Numbered from the stretch's first letter, positions 1 through 12,352 are shown. The stretch is DNA of 64,000 nt from Octopus bimaculoides (GCF_001194135.2 NC_068994.1:683599-747598); one strand, 5' to 3'. Notes: generated from the sequence alone by a model not told the origin. Numbers and translations: made by a program.

Positions 1-12
1 ATATATATATAT

Positions 13-604
13 NNNNNNNNNNNNNNNNNNNNNNNNNNNNNNNNNNNNNNNNNNNNNNNNNNNNNNNNNNNNNNNNNNNNNNNNNNNNNNNNNNNNNNNN
101 NNNNNNNNNNNNNNNNNNNNNNNNNNNNNNNNNNNNNNNNNNNNNNNNNNNNNNNNNNNNNNNNNNNNNNNNNNNNNNNNNNNNNNNNNNNNNNNNNNNN
201 NNNNNNNNNNNNNNNNNNNNNNNNNNNNNNNNNNNNNNNNNNNNNNNNNNNNNNNNNNNNNNNNNNNNNNNNNNNNNNNNNNNNNNNNNNNNNNNNNNNN
301 NNNNNNNNNNNNNNNNNNNNNNNNNNNNNNNNNNNNNNNNNNNNNNNNNNNNNNNNNNNNNNNNNNNNNNNNNNNNNNNNNNNNNNNNNNNNNNNNNNNN
401 NNNNNNNNNNNNNNNNNNNNNNNNNNNNNNNNNNNNNNNNNNNNNNNNNNNNNNNNNNNNNNNNNNNNNNNNNNNNNNNNNNNNNNNNNNNNNNNNNNNN
501 NNNNNNNNNNNNNNNNNNNNNNNNNNNNNNNNNNNNNNNNNNNNNNNNNNNNNNNNNNNNNNNNNNNNNNNNNNNNNNNNNNNNNNNNNNNNNNNNNNNN
601 NNNN
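13..604. other. Assembly gap (N run); further gaps at 23114-23123, 29846-29855 and 36762-36804
   Basis: Runs of n, mostly flanked by TA/CA microsatellites. Confidence 1.
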
Positions 605-1899
605 GGGGGGTTGTATTTAGCTGTCAGTAATAAAAATATATATATATTTTTTTGTTTTTATTTTTTAGCCAAAAATATATTTTTTTTAGCCAAAGGTTGA
701 GCTTCACTGAGCAGGCCTATCAGCAAAGGCACTCTAAATGTGACCCTCCCATCTATTTGCATATCTAGGATTACATTTTACAATGTCTGTCCTTTTTTTT
801 TTTGATAAGAGAATAGAGTATTATTTATAGAGAACATGGCTGTTATTTCTACCTGGTCTGGTGACCACATCAAGAGCCTCTCATTGATGCTGGTCACTGA
901 ACAGGTTATGTCTAAAGTGAGAAGAGACAATCACAGCCAGTGACGATGCTGGTGGCTTCTCACCTCCTCACAGCTGCCATACGAAAACTATCCTATTACT
1001 AATCTGCTCACAAGTTATTGATCCCCTGCACATCCTCATACATCTTATTCCTGACTAATCCACTGGAGCGTATGCACAGATATTGATTTACAAAAAAAAC
1101 TTGCTTCCTCCTCTTCCTCCTTCTCCTCCTCCTCCTCCTCCTCTCTGACTTTGTCTCTCCCATGCATCACTTCTCCCTCTTGCTCTTCCACTCCCCTCCC
1201 ATCACCTCCCCACAGCCACTCTTACTTTCTTCTCCCCCCCTCTCTCTCTCCTCTACCATTGCTACAAACACAGCAGTTCTTCACAGATTTCTAGCTTTGT
1301 TAAAAATCTTGCAGCACCACTCTAAGACTTGGACCAGAGGTAGTTTTAAAGGGTTCTCAGGTAGGCCCTGTAACTTCTCTCACACTGTGCAACAAGGTCC
1401 CTAAAGATCTTCCCCCAAATATTGATTTCTCTCGAGGGAACACTTTTCCAAAATTCTGAATGAAAGAGAAAAAAAATAATATACTTTATTCCAGTATGAC
1501 TGGTACTTATTTTGTTGGTCCCAGAGTGGCCCCATCGACTGTTGAACGCGAAAGTACAACACACCAAAGTAGTTACTATTAAGCTATTTCACCTTCAGAT
1601 ACCTAAAGAAAAAAAGAATACTGTACCCCTATAACAACCCTAATTTCTCTAGTTTACTGTTGAGCTTTAATAAATAAATCTTGAACCCTTCTCAGCTCCC
1701 TTAAGACACCCTAATTAACTTTGGAAGTTCCCAACCTTTGATATTCAGTCTCTGGTCTTAGAACTAACTCAATCCTTTATTTAACTTCCTCCCTCCTCCT
1801 CCGTGAATAGTTCGTTATAAATTAGCTTTGATTATAGGGAACCCAACCATTGGTTGGATGTATTGAAGATGTTAGGACTGGCAAGGGATTATATGCGGA

Positions 1900-2564
1900 A
1901 CTTGGACAGATCACTGGTACAGTCACGTGTTATGTATGGATGAGGAAAGTTGTGTGAGGAAGTGCCACACCCTAACTGTGGAAGAAGTAGACCCAAGAAT
2001 ACATGAGACGAGATGGTGAAGAATGACCTTCGAACACTGGGCCTCACATAGGCAATGACAGGAGACCGAGACCTTTGGATATATGCTGTGATTGAGAAGA
2101 CCCAGCAACTAAAGTGACATTGCAGCCATGGCCAATGCCAGTGTTAGATGTCCAGCCCATTTAAAAGTACCCCTGATGCGTCGGGCGATATATGTTTGAG
2201 AAGACCTGTTAAGTCAAGTAGAACTGAAATCGTAGCTGTAGCCACTGACCCCTGGCTGGTTCCCGTTCCAGTAGCACATAAAATGCATCATCTGAATGTG
2301 GGCAATGCCAGGTCCACCCGACTGGCTCCCATGCCAGTGGCACATAAAAAGCACCAACTGAACATGGTCGATGCCAGGCCTGCTTGAATGGCTACAGTAT
2401 ACCTGTGGCATGTAAAAAGCACCCACCACACTCTCGGAGTGTTAGGAAGGGCATCCAGATGTAGAAACATTGCCAGATCAGATTGGAGCCTGGTGCAGCC
2501 ACTCAGTCAAACTGTTCAAACCCATGCCAGCATGGAAAACAGACGTTAAATGATGATGATGATG
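1900..2564 (+). mobile_element. 5'-truncated RTE-clade LINE 3' end with 3'UTR and (GAT)n tail
   Basis: Decayed frame HWYSHVLCMDEESCVRKCHTLTVE..RPKNT..EMVKNDLRTLGLT (RTE C-terminus), then AACCCATGCCAGCATGGAAAACAGACGTTAAA(TGA)n. Contains three ~67-bp internal repeats (2240-2420). Confidence 0.8.
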
Positions 2565-2566
2565 TA

Positions 2567-2711
2567 TATAATCAAACTAAGCAACAGGGTATCAAGTAGT
2601 AATGCAGTACGACTGTTTCAAGCGGCTCCAATTAATTGAATTCAATTCAATTAAATGGAGTTGCTTGAAACAATCGTACTTCTTGATACGCCATTGCTTA
2701 GTTTTATTCTA
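2567..2711. mobile_element. Palindromic (fold-back) MITE-like element
   Basis: Inner 35-bp arms 2606-2640 and 2646-2680 are reverse complements at 31/35 positions; outer arms 2567-2596 and 2682-2711 also pair; TA at both ends. Confidence 0.65.
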
Positions 2712-4821
2712 TTCATCTTTAAGCTGTGCAGATAAAACCGGACTGATTTGCTGGTTCAACTTAAGTACCTAATTCAACTGAATCTCAATTATTTCTTATA
2801 TATGTGTGTGTGTGTATATATATATATATATAGAGAGAGGGGGGGAAGAGAGGGAAAGAGAGAGAGTATCAGTGTATTATTGTTTAGTGAGGTGATTTGT
2901 AGAAAATGGGTGGAGGGGGGGAGCAATGATTGAGACTGAATTATTCTGAAGACAAAATTCCTGCTGCATTATTTACATTTCTTTATGTTTTCAGCTGAAA
3001 TCTATCCAAGGACTAATTTGCCATTTCCCCTTCTAAGGTCAATAAAATAAAGTACCAGCCATGTATTGGGGTTGGTTCAGTGTTCTTGATGGGAATGGTA
3101 TTATAAAAAAAGGACACAAGATTTAGTTTTATGATGATGAAGATTTTTTTACTCTGTAGGATCTGCTTACACTGAACTCCCTCCCTTTTTATTCAAATTA
3201 ACCCTAGGACTTATCTTTAGTTTGTTGACCCCCAGAATGTGTATACATTACAAAACATTAAGGGCTGTAGGATTAAAGACCCTGCTGCTAATTCCTTCAT
3301 GGTTTTAGGCTTGATTGCACTGTGAGAGATACCCTGGGCAAGTGTTGTTGCCTACCACAGAGTTGGGTTGACCAAAGTGTTTGTGAGTGGAATTTGATTG
3401 AGAGAAACTGTGGAACTTGAATGAAGGTGCTATTTTTATTCTTGATGGTCAGCTTAACCTGTCTCTTTTAACAACCCTAACTGGTCATCAGGTACCTTTT
3501 GCAGATTCTGCTCTTTTGCAAGCATTTAGGTCAGGTCTTTAACCTTTCTTCTCCCTCAGTCTCTCTGAAGATGGTCAAAGGGGCTCCCCTTTGTTTTCTC
3601 CCTAAAACATTTAAAAAGACATGTGTCTGGTGCTCTGCCATTTCTGCCAGCCACTGTTTTGTTCTAGCAACAACATAATACTTTTGTATGGAAGTGTAAA
3701 TGCGTGATGCTTATGGGCTTGAGTATACATAGGATGTTCATAGAAGGATGGTCCCCAGGAATAAGTGGGGAATTCATACACCTACCCACTACCCTTTCCA
3801 TTGGAAGTATAAAAACCAGCACTGTTATCGGCAATGTGTTTCTTCTTGTCAGACATTAACACTTAACTTTCACCTGAAACAAGAAATAAACTTCCAGTTA
3901 AAATTAAACATGGTTTGGACAAACACTGCACAGAAACAATGAAATATTTTGTTTTAAATAGAATTTTAAAGGGTATGTATGTAATGTATATATGTAATGA
4001 ATGTATATATGTATGTAATGTATGTATATAATGTATATATGCATATATATGTGTATGTCTCTTTCTATGTAATGTATGTACTTATGTATGCATATATGTG
4101 TGTAAATTATAGATTATGTTTCCTTATTTAAAAATTCAATTATTTACAACAAATACAATTTACTTCCATTTTCGTTGCTGTCTTTCTCCCATTCTCCTCA
4201 TTCCATTTGTTTTCAAGTTTCTCTTCATCATCACAATATTGCTAGAACCTAAAAAAATATGCAAACTACTTCAGTATAAATATCACTTCTTCATTTTCTT
4301 CTCCCATTATTTCCCACTGAGAAAATATTCTGTAAATTCAATTAATGTAGTTGTATATATGTGACAATAAAAACCAATTGAGGAAAGTTTCCAAGAGGAA
4401 TAGAAAACTGCTTAAGATGGTAAACATTGGAGTAATTGTGAGAAATTCTTGCAGCCATAAATATAAGATGTCAAATTGAAATGAAAAAAATGGAATATAC
4501 TGGCAAGGTTTTAGGATGTTTGTAGCTTTTAGATATAGTTTCTGTCAAAATTTTACTTGGAATATAAAATTATTAATGCTATGTATATTGTAAAAACAAT
4601 ATGCTGTTTTTGTGATTGAGGGTTGTTGGAGAGGAGGAAGTGATGTAGTTCATCTCTAACTTTAATGGAAGACACTAAATAAATGTTTAATTGGATTGAA
4701 AGTCTCTCAGATCTGACAGACAGAGATGAGTGAAGTCTGACAAAAGCAATGTCTAAATAGATGTTGATCAGAGAAAGATTTATAAAGTTTCACAGAATTA
4801 TTATCATTAACATCACCATGA

Positions 4822-4990
4822 TAGTTGGATGGGTCTTCTCCCACACAGCATCCTTTGGTGATGGCCTACTTGAGATTCTATATTCTAGAGGTTTTTTTCT
4901 TACTTCTTCCCAAACTTCCTCTTCTGCAGCTTCCTTCCACTTGGATTGCCTGTTATTTCTTTCTCCAACTGACATCCTCTGTACACATTA
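4822..4990 (-). repeat. Dispersed repeat, inverted copy of 20735-20893 (probable LINE 3' end)
   Basis: 4822-4872 is an exact 51-nt reverse complement of 20843-20893; the remainder aligns with indels. Confidence 0.75.
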
Positions 4991-5519
4991 TATCTGTACC
5001 AACTGCCTTCTCTCTTCTGCACTACATCTCATCTCTCTGATACCTGCTTTGTCTCTCAACTCATTTGTGATTCCTCATTTACCCACATTGCCATTCCATA
5101 TGCAGTGATGCATGCTGGCCTCACTTCAGTTTATCTATTACTCATCTTCTACATTCAAAGCTCACCTTTTCTCTACTATACAATTGAAATATTAATCTTG
5201 ACAATGGAAATTCATTAAGATTCAAACAGACAGAAAGAAAGATTATTTAAAAAATGGAAACTGTTTCAGATATACTGTGGAAATAACTCAGTGTGGAAAT
5301 ATTTATTGTGTAGTCAGTCAGGCATCACTGATGTCACACTTGATGAACATCATAACAAACCAAGTGAAAGCAGTGTGAAACAGAATACTTCTCTCACAAG
5401 TCACAGAAATCTGGTGCAAGAAGTTACGGGCTATGCCCTTGTTTCTCTGATTAAATTTTAAAATATTCTTTAAATATAAAACTGAGAAAAAAATTATAAT
5501 TTTCATAGATTCCAGTAAA

Positions 5520-5740
5520 AATTGATTGAAACTTTAATGTTTGACCGCTGAAATCTTCAAGTTTTTTTCATTGTCTCTCTGTTTATTTTCTCTTATTCTT
5601 TTCTGTTGAAGAGCGTAGGCTCAAAACGTATGAGACTTTTTCATTTTCCCAAGCATCAAACTTATACACCTGCTTGTTGTTCACCTGTCTTTGGCTTTTG
5701 TTTTTCTATAAATTTCAACTGTACATATATATATATATAT
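5520..5740 (+). mobile_element. Possible Penelope-associated repeat with degenerate hammerhead-like motif
   Basis: CTGTTGA-A-GAGC-gtag-GCTC-AAAA-CGTA at 5603-5630 follows the CUGANGA/stem II/GAAA/NUH layout with two core substitutions; element ends in a (TA)n tract. Confidence 0.4.
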
Positions 5741-6019
5741 ATATGACTGTATTGAGCTAACTATTGGATGTTGTTATACACCACTGATCCCAATGCACTT
5801 CCTCATATTATAGCTTTCAAATGATGTCACTCCACTGGCTGGGTGAGCAAGCCAACAGTCCCCCTAAAGAAAACGATGGCAGTTGGTAGCATGGTTCCCC
5901 ATTTACAGTTGAGTGAACTGGGCAACACGAAAGGAATTGTTTTACTCAAGAAAACAATGTACCTCTGGTGTCTGGAAACAAAAACCAGCATCTTGTAATC
6001 ATGAGTACAACACTGAAAC

Positions 6020-6192
6020 CACGGGGCCTTGCAACACCCCTACGAGTACTGACATTAGAAAGGGTATCCAGTTATAGAAACCAAGCCAAAACAGACTATG
6101 GAACCTGGTGCAGCCCCTGGCCTTGTCACACATGGAAACCCTTGCCAGAATGGAAAAGGGACGTTGAATGTTGATGATGATGATGATGATTA
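6020..6192 (+). mobile_element. SINE/RTE 3' tail fragment with (GAT)n end
   Basis: AGGGTATCCAGTTATAGAAACC..TGGAAAAGGGACGTTGAATGTTGATGATGATG matches the other tailed copies in the window. Confidence 0.7.
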
Positions 6193-6429
6193 TGATATAT
6201 ATATATGTCCTTCCGTTTTTCAAGAGTAGACCACTGAATGCAGTTGGACACGCACTGGCCGAACCTGGAACGACACCAGTTGACAACGTCTCCACTTGTC
6301 ACCATTCACCGATCAGAAACGGGAAGTTCAGAGTCGTCATCAGAATTTACAACTTATAAGACAGTAGGATAACTCTTCAGAATAAATATGCAATGCTCTT
6401 TCTTTTCCTTCTTCTTTATGCAATTCTTT

Positions 6430-6495
6430 GTGTCAGAACACAGGTGCACACACACATACATAATACATATATGTATGCGAGTATATATATATATA

Positions 6496-6532
<37 letters not shown>

Positions 6533-6610
6533 ATATATATATACACACACACACACATACACATACATGTGTATGATGTGTATGTGCGCGCGCGCGCGTA
6601 TGCGTGCTTG
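6430..6610. repeat. Compound (CA)/(TA)/(CG) microsatellite
   Basis: Directly visible; explains ORF-track entries 6388-6684. Confidence 0.95.
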
Positions 6611-7139
6611 TAGGCGCAGACGGTCCAGTCTGGAACATCAACAACAAGTTTAGAGTAGCAAAGATTCGACAGTTTCACTAGCAATTTCTCTGTTCCTGAA
6701 AAGCGAAAACCCCAGCCTACAAGAAAGCTTTAATGCTTAAAGCACATCGGCGCCTGCAATTTGAAGCTTGACCCTTGTGCTTTAGTTATCTCCCCTTAAC
6801 TGTTATGTAATCCAAGCTGTCTGCCAGGGCTTACGTAATAACCCAGAACAACGTGACACAGATAAGCACTGACTGGAGTCTCCTCGTTTTTACTTTGCAC
6901 AACTTGTTTCTCTCTCACTATTTACCAACGAGAGCTGACCTAATATTCCGTGTCAATACTAGCATTTTAAAGACTGCTGCCAGCCGCACATTCTTCACAA
7001 TTAACACACTTTCTATAATGATAATTAAAATATAAGTATTGATGATTAAATTTGCTTTTATGCAATCAATCATTCTTAATTTTATATATTAAGTTATTGA
7101 GAAATTGTTATAAGTTTATACACAGATAACCACCGGTAC

Positions 7140-7284
7140 AGACACACACACATACAAACATTTGCACACACACGCACACACACACGCACGCAGGCACGCA
7201 CACACGCACCTACGAATATCACACACACACACACACGGACGCGCGCGCGCACGCACACATGAATACATATATTCGTGTGCGTGC

Positions 7285-7325
<41 letters not shown>
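7140..7325. repeat. Compound (CA)/(CG)/(GT) microsatellite
   Basis: Directly visible alternating purine-pyrimidine tract. Confidence 0.95.
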
Positions 7326-7461
7326 TGTGTAGATGGAATTTGGGCAGAAAATTGTTTCAAAATATGTATGGCAATATATGACTTAGCCCCTTTTCCTGTC
7401 GCAATTCTTGGTGAAGCTGGTTTTGAGGCTGCTGACGGGGATAAGGGCCCCAAGTACCGAT

Positions 7462-7595
7462 TGCAGTCATGTGGGGTTAAGCATTTCCTTTGGCAACCAC
7501 GAACTTTTCTGGTTCAGGCCAATTGTTTTCCATCTTGAGTTGATCAAACCTTGTGGAATGGAATTTAGTAGATGGAAACTGTGTGGAAGCTTGTC
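7462..7595 (+). mobile_element. Decayed tRNA-derived SINE head
   Basis: TGTGGGGTTAAG..GGTTCAG..CCTTGTGGAATGGAATTTAGTAGATGGAAACTGTGTGGAAGC, similar to 13553-13720 and 52958-53115. Confidence 0.5.
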
Positions 7596-8069
7596 AAGGT
7601 GACTGAATGTGTGATTGAGTGGTGAACTTCATCTCTTACTCAATTCAACATATCAGCTGGGCTTCGGGTACCTTTTGTCGTGTCTACCCTGTCATTTGTT
7701 TTCAGGCCAGATCTGAGCGTAATTTTGTCCTTTCCTCCCATAAGTCTTCAAAACTCAGAAAAGGTCTCCAAAACATTATACTTCCTCCTGTAAGTCTTAT
7801 AAAAAAATTTGTCCTGCTCCTTATCCAATGAAGGTTAAGCTATTGGAAGGACCCATCTGGCATGATGATCAATGTTAAGGGTGAAAAAGAGTCGGAATGA
7901 AGGATCTAGATAAAGGGTCTAGATGCATGAATTAGAAATCTCAGGGCTTCAGAGATTCCATTGCTACTCTGAAAAGTTAAAATTAAGTCCTTGGAGCAAT
8001 GTCATTAATTAACGACCAATTAATTATTGATGACATTCCAGCAGTGGACATCTCATCCTATTTATGTAT

Positions 8070-8245
8070 TTGCATCAAGTGATGCCAATCTGTAATTGTG
8101 GAGGGAACATGTGGAAGGGGTAGGCCCAGGAAGACATGGGACGAGACGGTGAGAAAGGATCAACAGATGTTGGGACTCACAGAGGGGACTGACGCTCTTG
8201 GCAGTTTGTTGTGCTTGAGAAAAGTGTGCTTTCTCATTTAGCCTC
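8070..8245 (+). mobile_element. RTE LINE 3' coding remnant
   Basis: VEGTCGRGRPRKTWDETVRKDQQMLGLTEG; same subfamily as 18745-18960 and 45874-46135. Confidence 0.8.
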
Positions 8246-8289
8246 AGGTCAGCCCTATTGAGCAGATCCTTGTTCAAAAGTATTCCAGC

Positions 8290-9000
8290 TGTGACCATCT
8301 CATCTTATTCAGACTAAGGTCTGAGATCTTCCTACATTGCAAGGTGCACAAGGTAGCAAGTTTTTTTCTACAGTTGTCAATCTGCTGTAGTTTTCTCCTT
8401 CTCTTGCCCGTTTGGTGATCTTCCTGGAATATTTGGAACAAGTTGTTCTGGATCCAGACCATTCTTCATTTTTCTTCTTCTCCTACTTTTCACATTATTA
8501 CAGTCTTTGTATCCCAAATGGATGACAGCTTCTACTGATGCAGCAACCCATTAGTTCGCAGTGACTGCAACTTCCTTTGAAGAAAAATGTTTTCATTTAT
8601 GATTTCTCTCTTGCCAAGTGACTTTGAAAATCTTCTGTAAGCATTGTTGATGGAATGTGTCCAGCCTGTTGGCCACTTTTAATGTTATTTTCCAGGTTAC
8701 TGCCAGACATGATTATAGCAATGTAAAACCAAACCTTTGATGCTTGTTACTTTTCCAGATACAATATGTCACAATATCGCTCTTGCCAAGTTTGTTGTTT
8801 GTGTCATTTTCACAAAGCCTTTCCATTTCCCTCTGCTCCACCCCGGTAGGGTTTCCACTGGTTATTTTCTTCATTACAAACACTACTGACAGCAGGAAGA
8901 GAAGACAAAAGACGTTGCAGCCTTGAAGGATGGCAATAAGGATGCTTCAGTTTCCAGTATGGCTCATATTTGTTCTCACTCTGTCACTAGAGTCATCATA
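8290..9000 (-). mobile_element. Decayed RTE reverse-transcriptase remnant
   Basis: Minus-strand TWKITLKVANRLDTFHQQCLQKIFKVTWQER matches the RTE motif ETW..T.....RL..FH..CLRKIL.V.W. Confidence 0.6.
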
Positions 9001-9396
9001 AAGCTTTTTGAAAATGGTAGTCACCATTGGTTTCAACAGTCACTCATAATGATCTTCAATGGAAGCTGTCATAAGGATATGCTTACATCTCTCTCTCTCT
9101 CTCTCTCTACTTGTTTTCCTCACATTCACCAGTATATATAAGTGATAAAGGTGGTTTTGAGTAATTTCAACTCCTATTTCTAGCAATGCTGGTACTTTCT
9201 TTGTACCCTTCATTATAATCATAAACATAATTATAAATACACACACACACACACCTGAGTCAGCACATAAAGGTGAAACAAGGTGGGGAAAAATAGATCA
9301 CAGCTGTCTGATGAACACAAACGTGAAGCTTCGAGGAGCAATTTTTTGTGATGTTTTTGCAGCTTTAATGATAAAGTATATATACATTATATATAC

Positions 9397-9438
<42 letters not shown>

Positions 9439-9599
9439 ATTCTTTCGTTGTGAACAACAGTAAAATAAAGTGTAATCCTGTTCTGTGGACCAGAATGTGT
9501 CTCTTGAGGTCTGCTGTTTCTTTGCAAACCTTTTGGCAAATGGAACAAGTTGAGGACTCAGCTTGCTCAAGTGCTTATGGATGATTTACTGTGTTTTCT

Positions 9600-9990
9600 T
9601 GGGTGGACAGCAAGGACTGCTTTGCTTCATGCCACAAAGCCACAACAACAGGTAAGGTTTCCGTTTAGAGGAGCAGTGTTCTGCCAGCATGATGCTTGCA
9701 TGAAGTTGGTTTTGATGCTGGAGTCTACTTTGCTCAGCTCTTTGAACTGAGGAGAAGCAGGACTGGCACCAGGTCCTGCATTCTGATGCTTTGTTTTCCC
9801 AACAAGAAAAGGGAATGCTGCATCGCCTCAGGTTGTCTTTTAGTTTGTTTTTGAAGCGCAAGAGTGGCCTTCCAACTGACCTTCCTGTTGATAATTGGCC
9901 AAAGAGAAGTTGCTTTGGAATTCTGATATCACTCATACATGAGAGCTGACCTGACCATCTAAGCTGTATTTTGATGAGAATGGCTTCCAC
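9600..9990 (-). mobile_element. RTE (BovB-like) LINE C-terminal remnant
   Basis: ORF 9586-9990: EAILIKIQLRWSGQLSCMSDIRIPKQLLFGQLSTGRSVGRPLLRFKNKLKDNLRRC..WE, the canonical RTE C-terminus. Confidence 0.85.
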
Positions 9991-10472
9991 ACCTGATATA
10001 TTGCATTTTTGTTATGAATATGGTCAGTTGGCTTTATGTTGGAGATATATAGTATTTGTTACACAAGTTTCTGTGATTGATAATTGGTAATGGTAAATTA
10101 TGAATACAATTTACCAGGAACGTTCTCTCATAGTGTATGCATCATCAGACGGAGTCAAAATGCAAATCACAAAGTTGCAAGCATCATAAAAATGTCTTAG
10201 GGATACAAGATAACAAGTGGGAGTGGGGAAAGTGGGTGAGGTTGGCTAGAAAGGCAAATGTACATAGTGACATAAAAAATAAATATGAGCGAAAACAATT
10301 GCGTTGATAGGAAAATTATAGTCTCCACTCAGAATGTGTGCTTGAAGATGTGTTCAATAGTATTTATAATTTGCTGTCATCAATTATTGATTATCAATCG
10401 CTGAAACATGTGTAACAGATGTGAAACAAAGAAATACGAAATTCATACTTCATCTTTTTCTCTCATAAAAGA

Positions 10473-10525
<53 letters not shown>

Positions 10526-10589
10526 TATATATATGAGAGAGAAATACTACAGACATATAGACAGACCAACATATATAGACATGGAAAGT

Positions 10590-11135
10590 CTTGTTCCAAT
10601 CTTGTTGGCAGAACAGCATCTGCTGCTGTGACTAGAAACCCCACATGTGATACACAGTACTGGCTGCAGTGATTACACTTAGAGGCACAGTTTGCCATCA
10701 ATTTTGCTTTTTCACCATCACCAAACCCCAGCCCCTTCTCTTGTATAGTTCCAGTCTCCAGTAAGAGCAATAACCAGCAATGTACCCTGACTTTTTAATG
10801 CTCATGTGAAGAGACGTCATGTCTCTTGCAGACATCTTTGAAAGGAAGATGAGGTCTTTGCCCTTGTTTTTGGTTCTGAAGGCCAGTTTCCCATGCAACA
10901 GAACTTTCAGGATCCATCTATTTAACATGTCATGTACATATTGCTGTAAGATGTAGAGGTTGGGTGTCTGGGCATAAGTCACAACCTCATTGTTGGTGAC
11001 TGAGTCCAGAATCCTTTTCATATTGCAGAGGCAGAAGGTTTTCACATGTTGCATTTGTCTGCTGTAAACGTCCCAGGCCTCACTACTGTAAAACCCAGAG
11101 CAAGCTCTGTAAACAGCAACCTTTATGTGCACCAT
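10590..11135 (-). mobile_element. RTE (BovB-like) LINE C-terminal remnant
   Basis: ORF 10698-11135: KVAVYRAC..FYSSEAWDVYSRQMQHVKTFCLCNMKRIL..VTNNEV..WILKVLLHGKLA. Confidence 0.8.
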
Positions 11136-11559
11136 TAGCTTTCTATTCTCTCAGCATGGCAAGGCTGATGAGATGGGGGTGGGGTTTGACTAAAGGGGGT
11201 CCAGGGCCATCCCTCACTATAAAGAGAAGGATAGGTGAAAGGAACTTCTATATTCCAATGACCAAATTTCTAAGGAATTGGAGAAGCTATTCCAAATATG
11301 GAATCAAGTATCTTTGAAATAAACCTAGCAAAGACAAAAGTTTTAGTTAAAAGCAAAAAAAGACAGGACTTTTGTCCTCAGGAAGGTGACCATGCTCAAT
11401 ATGCAGAAAAGGAGGAAGTAAGCGGGGAATTTTGTACTGTGAACCCAATATAAAGTATGGTTGTAGAAGGGGTGCAGTGAGATCACAGTCAGGTTGACAG
11501 AGAAGAAAGGCTTTGTATGTAACAGATGCCCTTGAGTCTTCAGCAGAAAGAGGACTCAT

Positions 11560-11960
11560 GAAATAAATCCTTGCAAATGCATGGAAGGCTCCCTCGAAGT
11601 TGTTGACAGCTTCTGTTAACAGATGACCTAATCAGTAGTATACAGGGCAGCTGTTGTGAAAGCATAATAACCAGAGTAAGAAGGAAGTGGACCAAGTTCA
11701 GAGAGCTATTTACCTTTACTGGCAACAGGGGAAATTCTCTCAAAGTAAAGGACAAATTGCATGACGTGTATGAAGTGTAAAGTTGCATGGTAGCTTAAAA
11801 TAGGCGTTGAATGTAGAGAATGTGTGAATGTTGAAAAGAAATGGGGTATCAAGCACTCCTGGATGCGTAATGTTTGTATACATGACATAGTACAAATGAG
11901 TTGAGAGTGACGCCGGGTGTAAGAAGAATCACATACAGCATGAAAAAGAGAAAACTTATG
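11560..11960 (+). mobile_element. Decayed RTE RT/C-terminal remnant
   Basis: Frameshifted EVVDSFC..DLISSIQGSCCESIITRVRRKWTKFREL, matching RTE V..F.YLG..I....GC.......R....W.KFREL. Confidence 0.6.
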
Positions 11961-12352
11961 TTGGTACGGAGATATGATGCGTATGGAAGATAACAGTTGG
12001 GTAAAGAAATAGATTCCCGGTAAGTCATTGCACATTCCATTTTGAGTGATGGACACAGTCTACTACACAGTCAGCTAAATTTTATTGAACCAAATCTTAA
12101 CATTTCTCTACATCTTCATGCACATTGCAAGGGCAGTAGAAGTGTAAATTTCTTGCATTAGAGGGACATCTCAACAAGTATTCCATAGACGTAGTTGTTT
12201 ATCTCTAGTTGAACCATAATTGAGCAGATGGACAATCAGTGCCATTCCACTGTGACCAACTTCCAATAACATTTTATTTTACTACTCAATCAAATTGATG
12301 AAGGAAATGTTCTCGTTAAACTAACCACAAACTTATTTCACTAGTGTAGTAG

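Noticed and set aside
6290-6345. In-frame TGA between two open minus-strand segments (possible selenocysteine)
   Set aside because: No selenoprotein family similarity and no SECIS identified; a single stop between short ORFs is expected by chance.
6388-7538. ORF-track proteins rich in YIYI, THTH, CVCV, ERER (also 10450-10770, 13669-13944, 14802-15629, 37198-37525, 51550-51931, 62414-63503)
   Set aside because: They are read-through of dinucleotide microsatellites, with no domain content or splice support.
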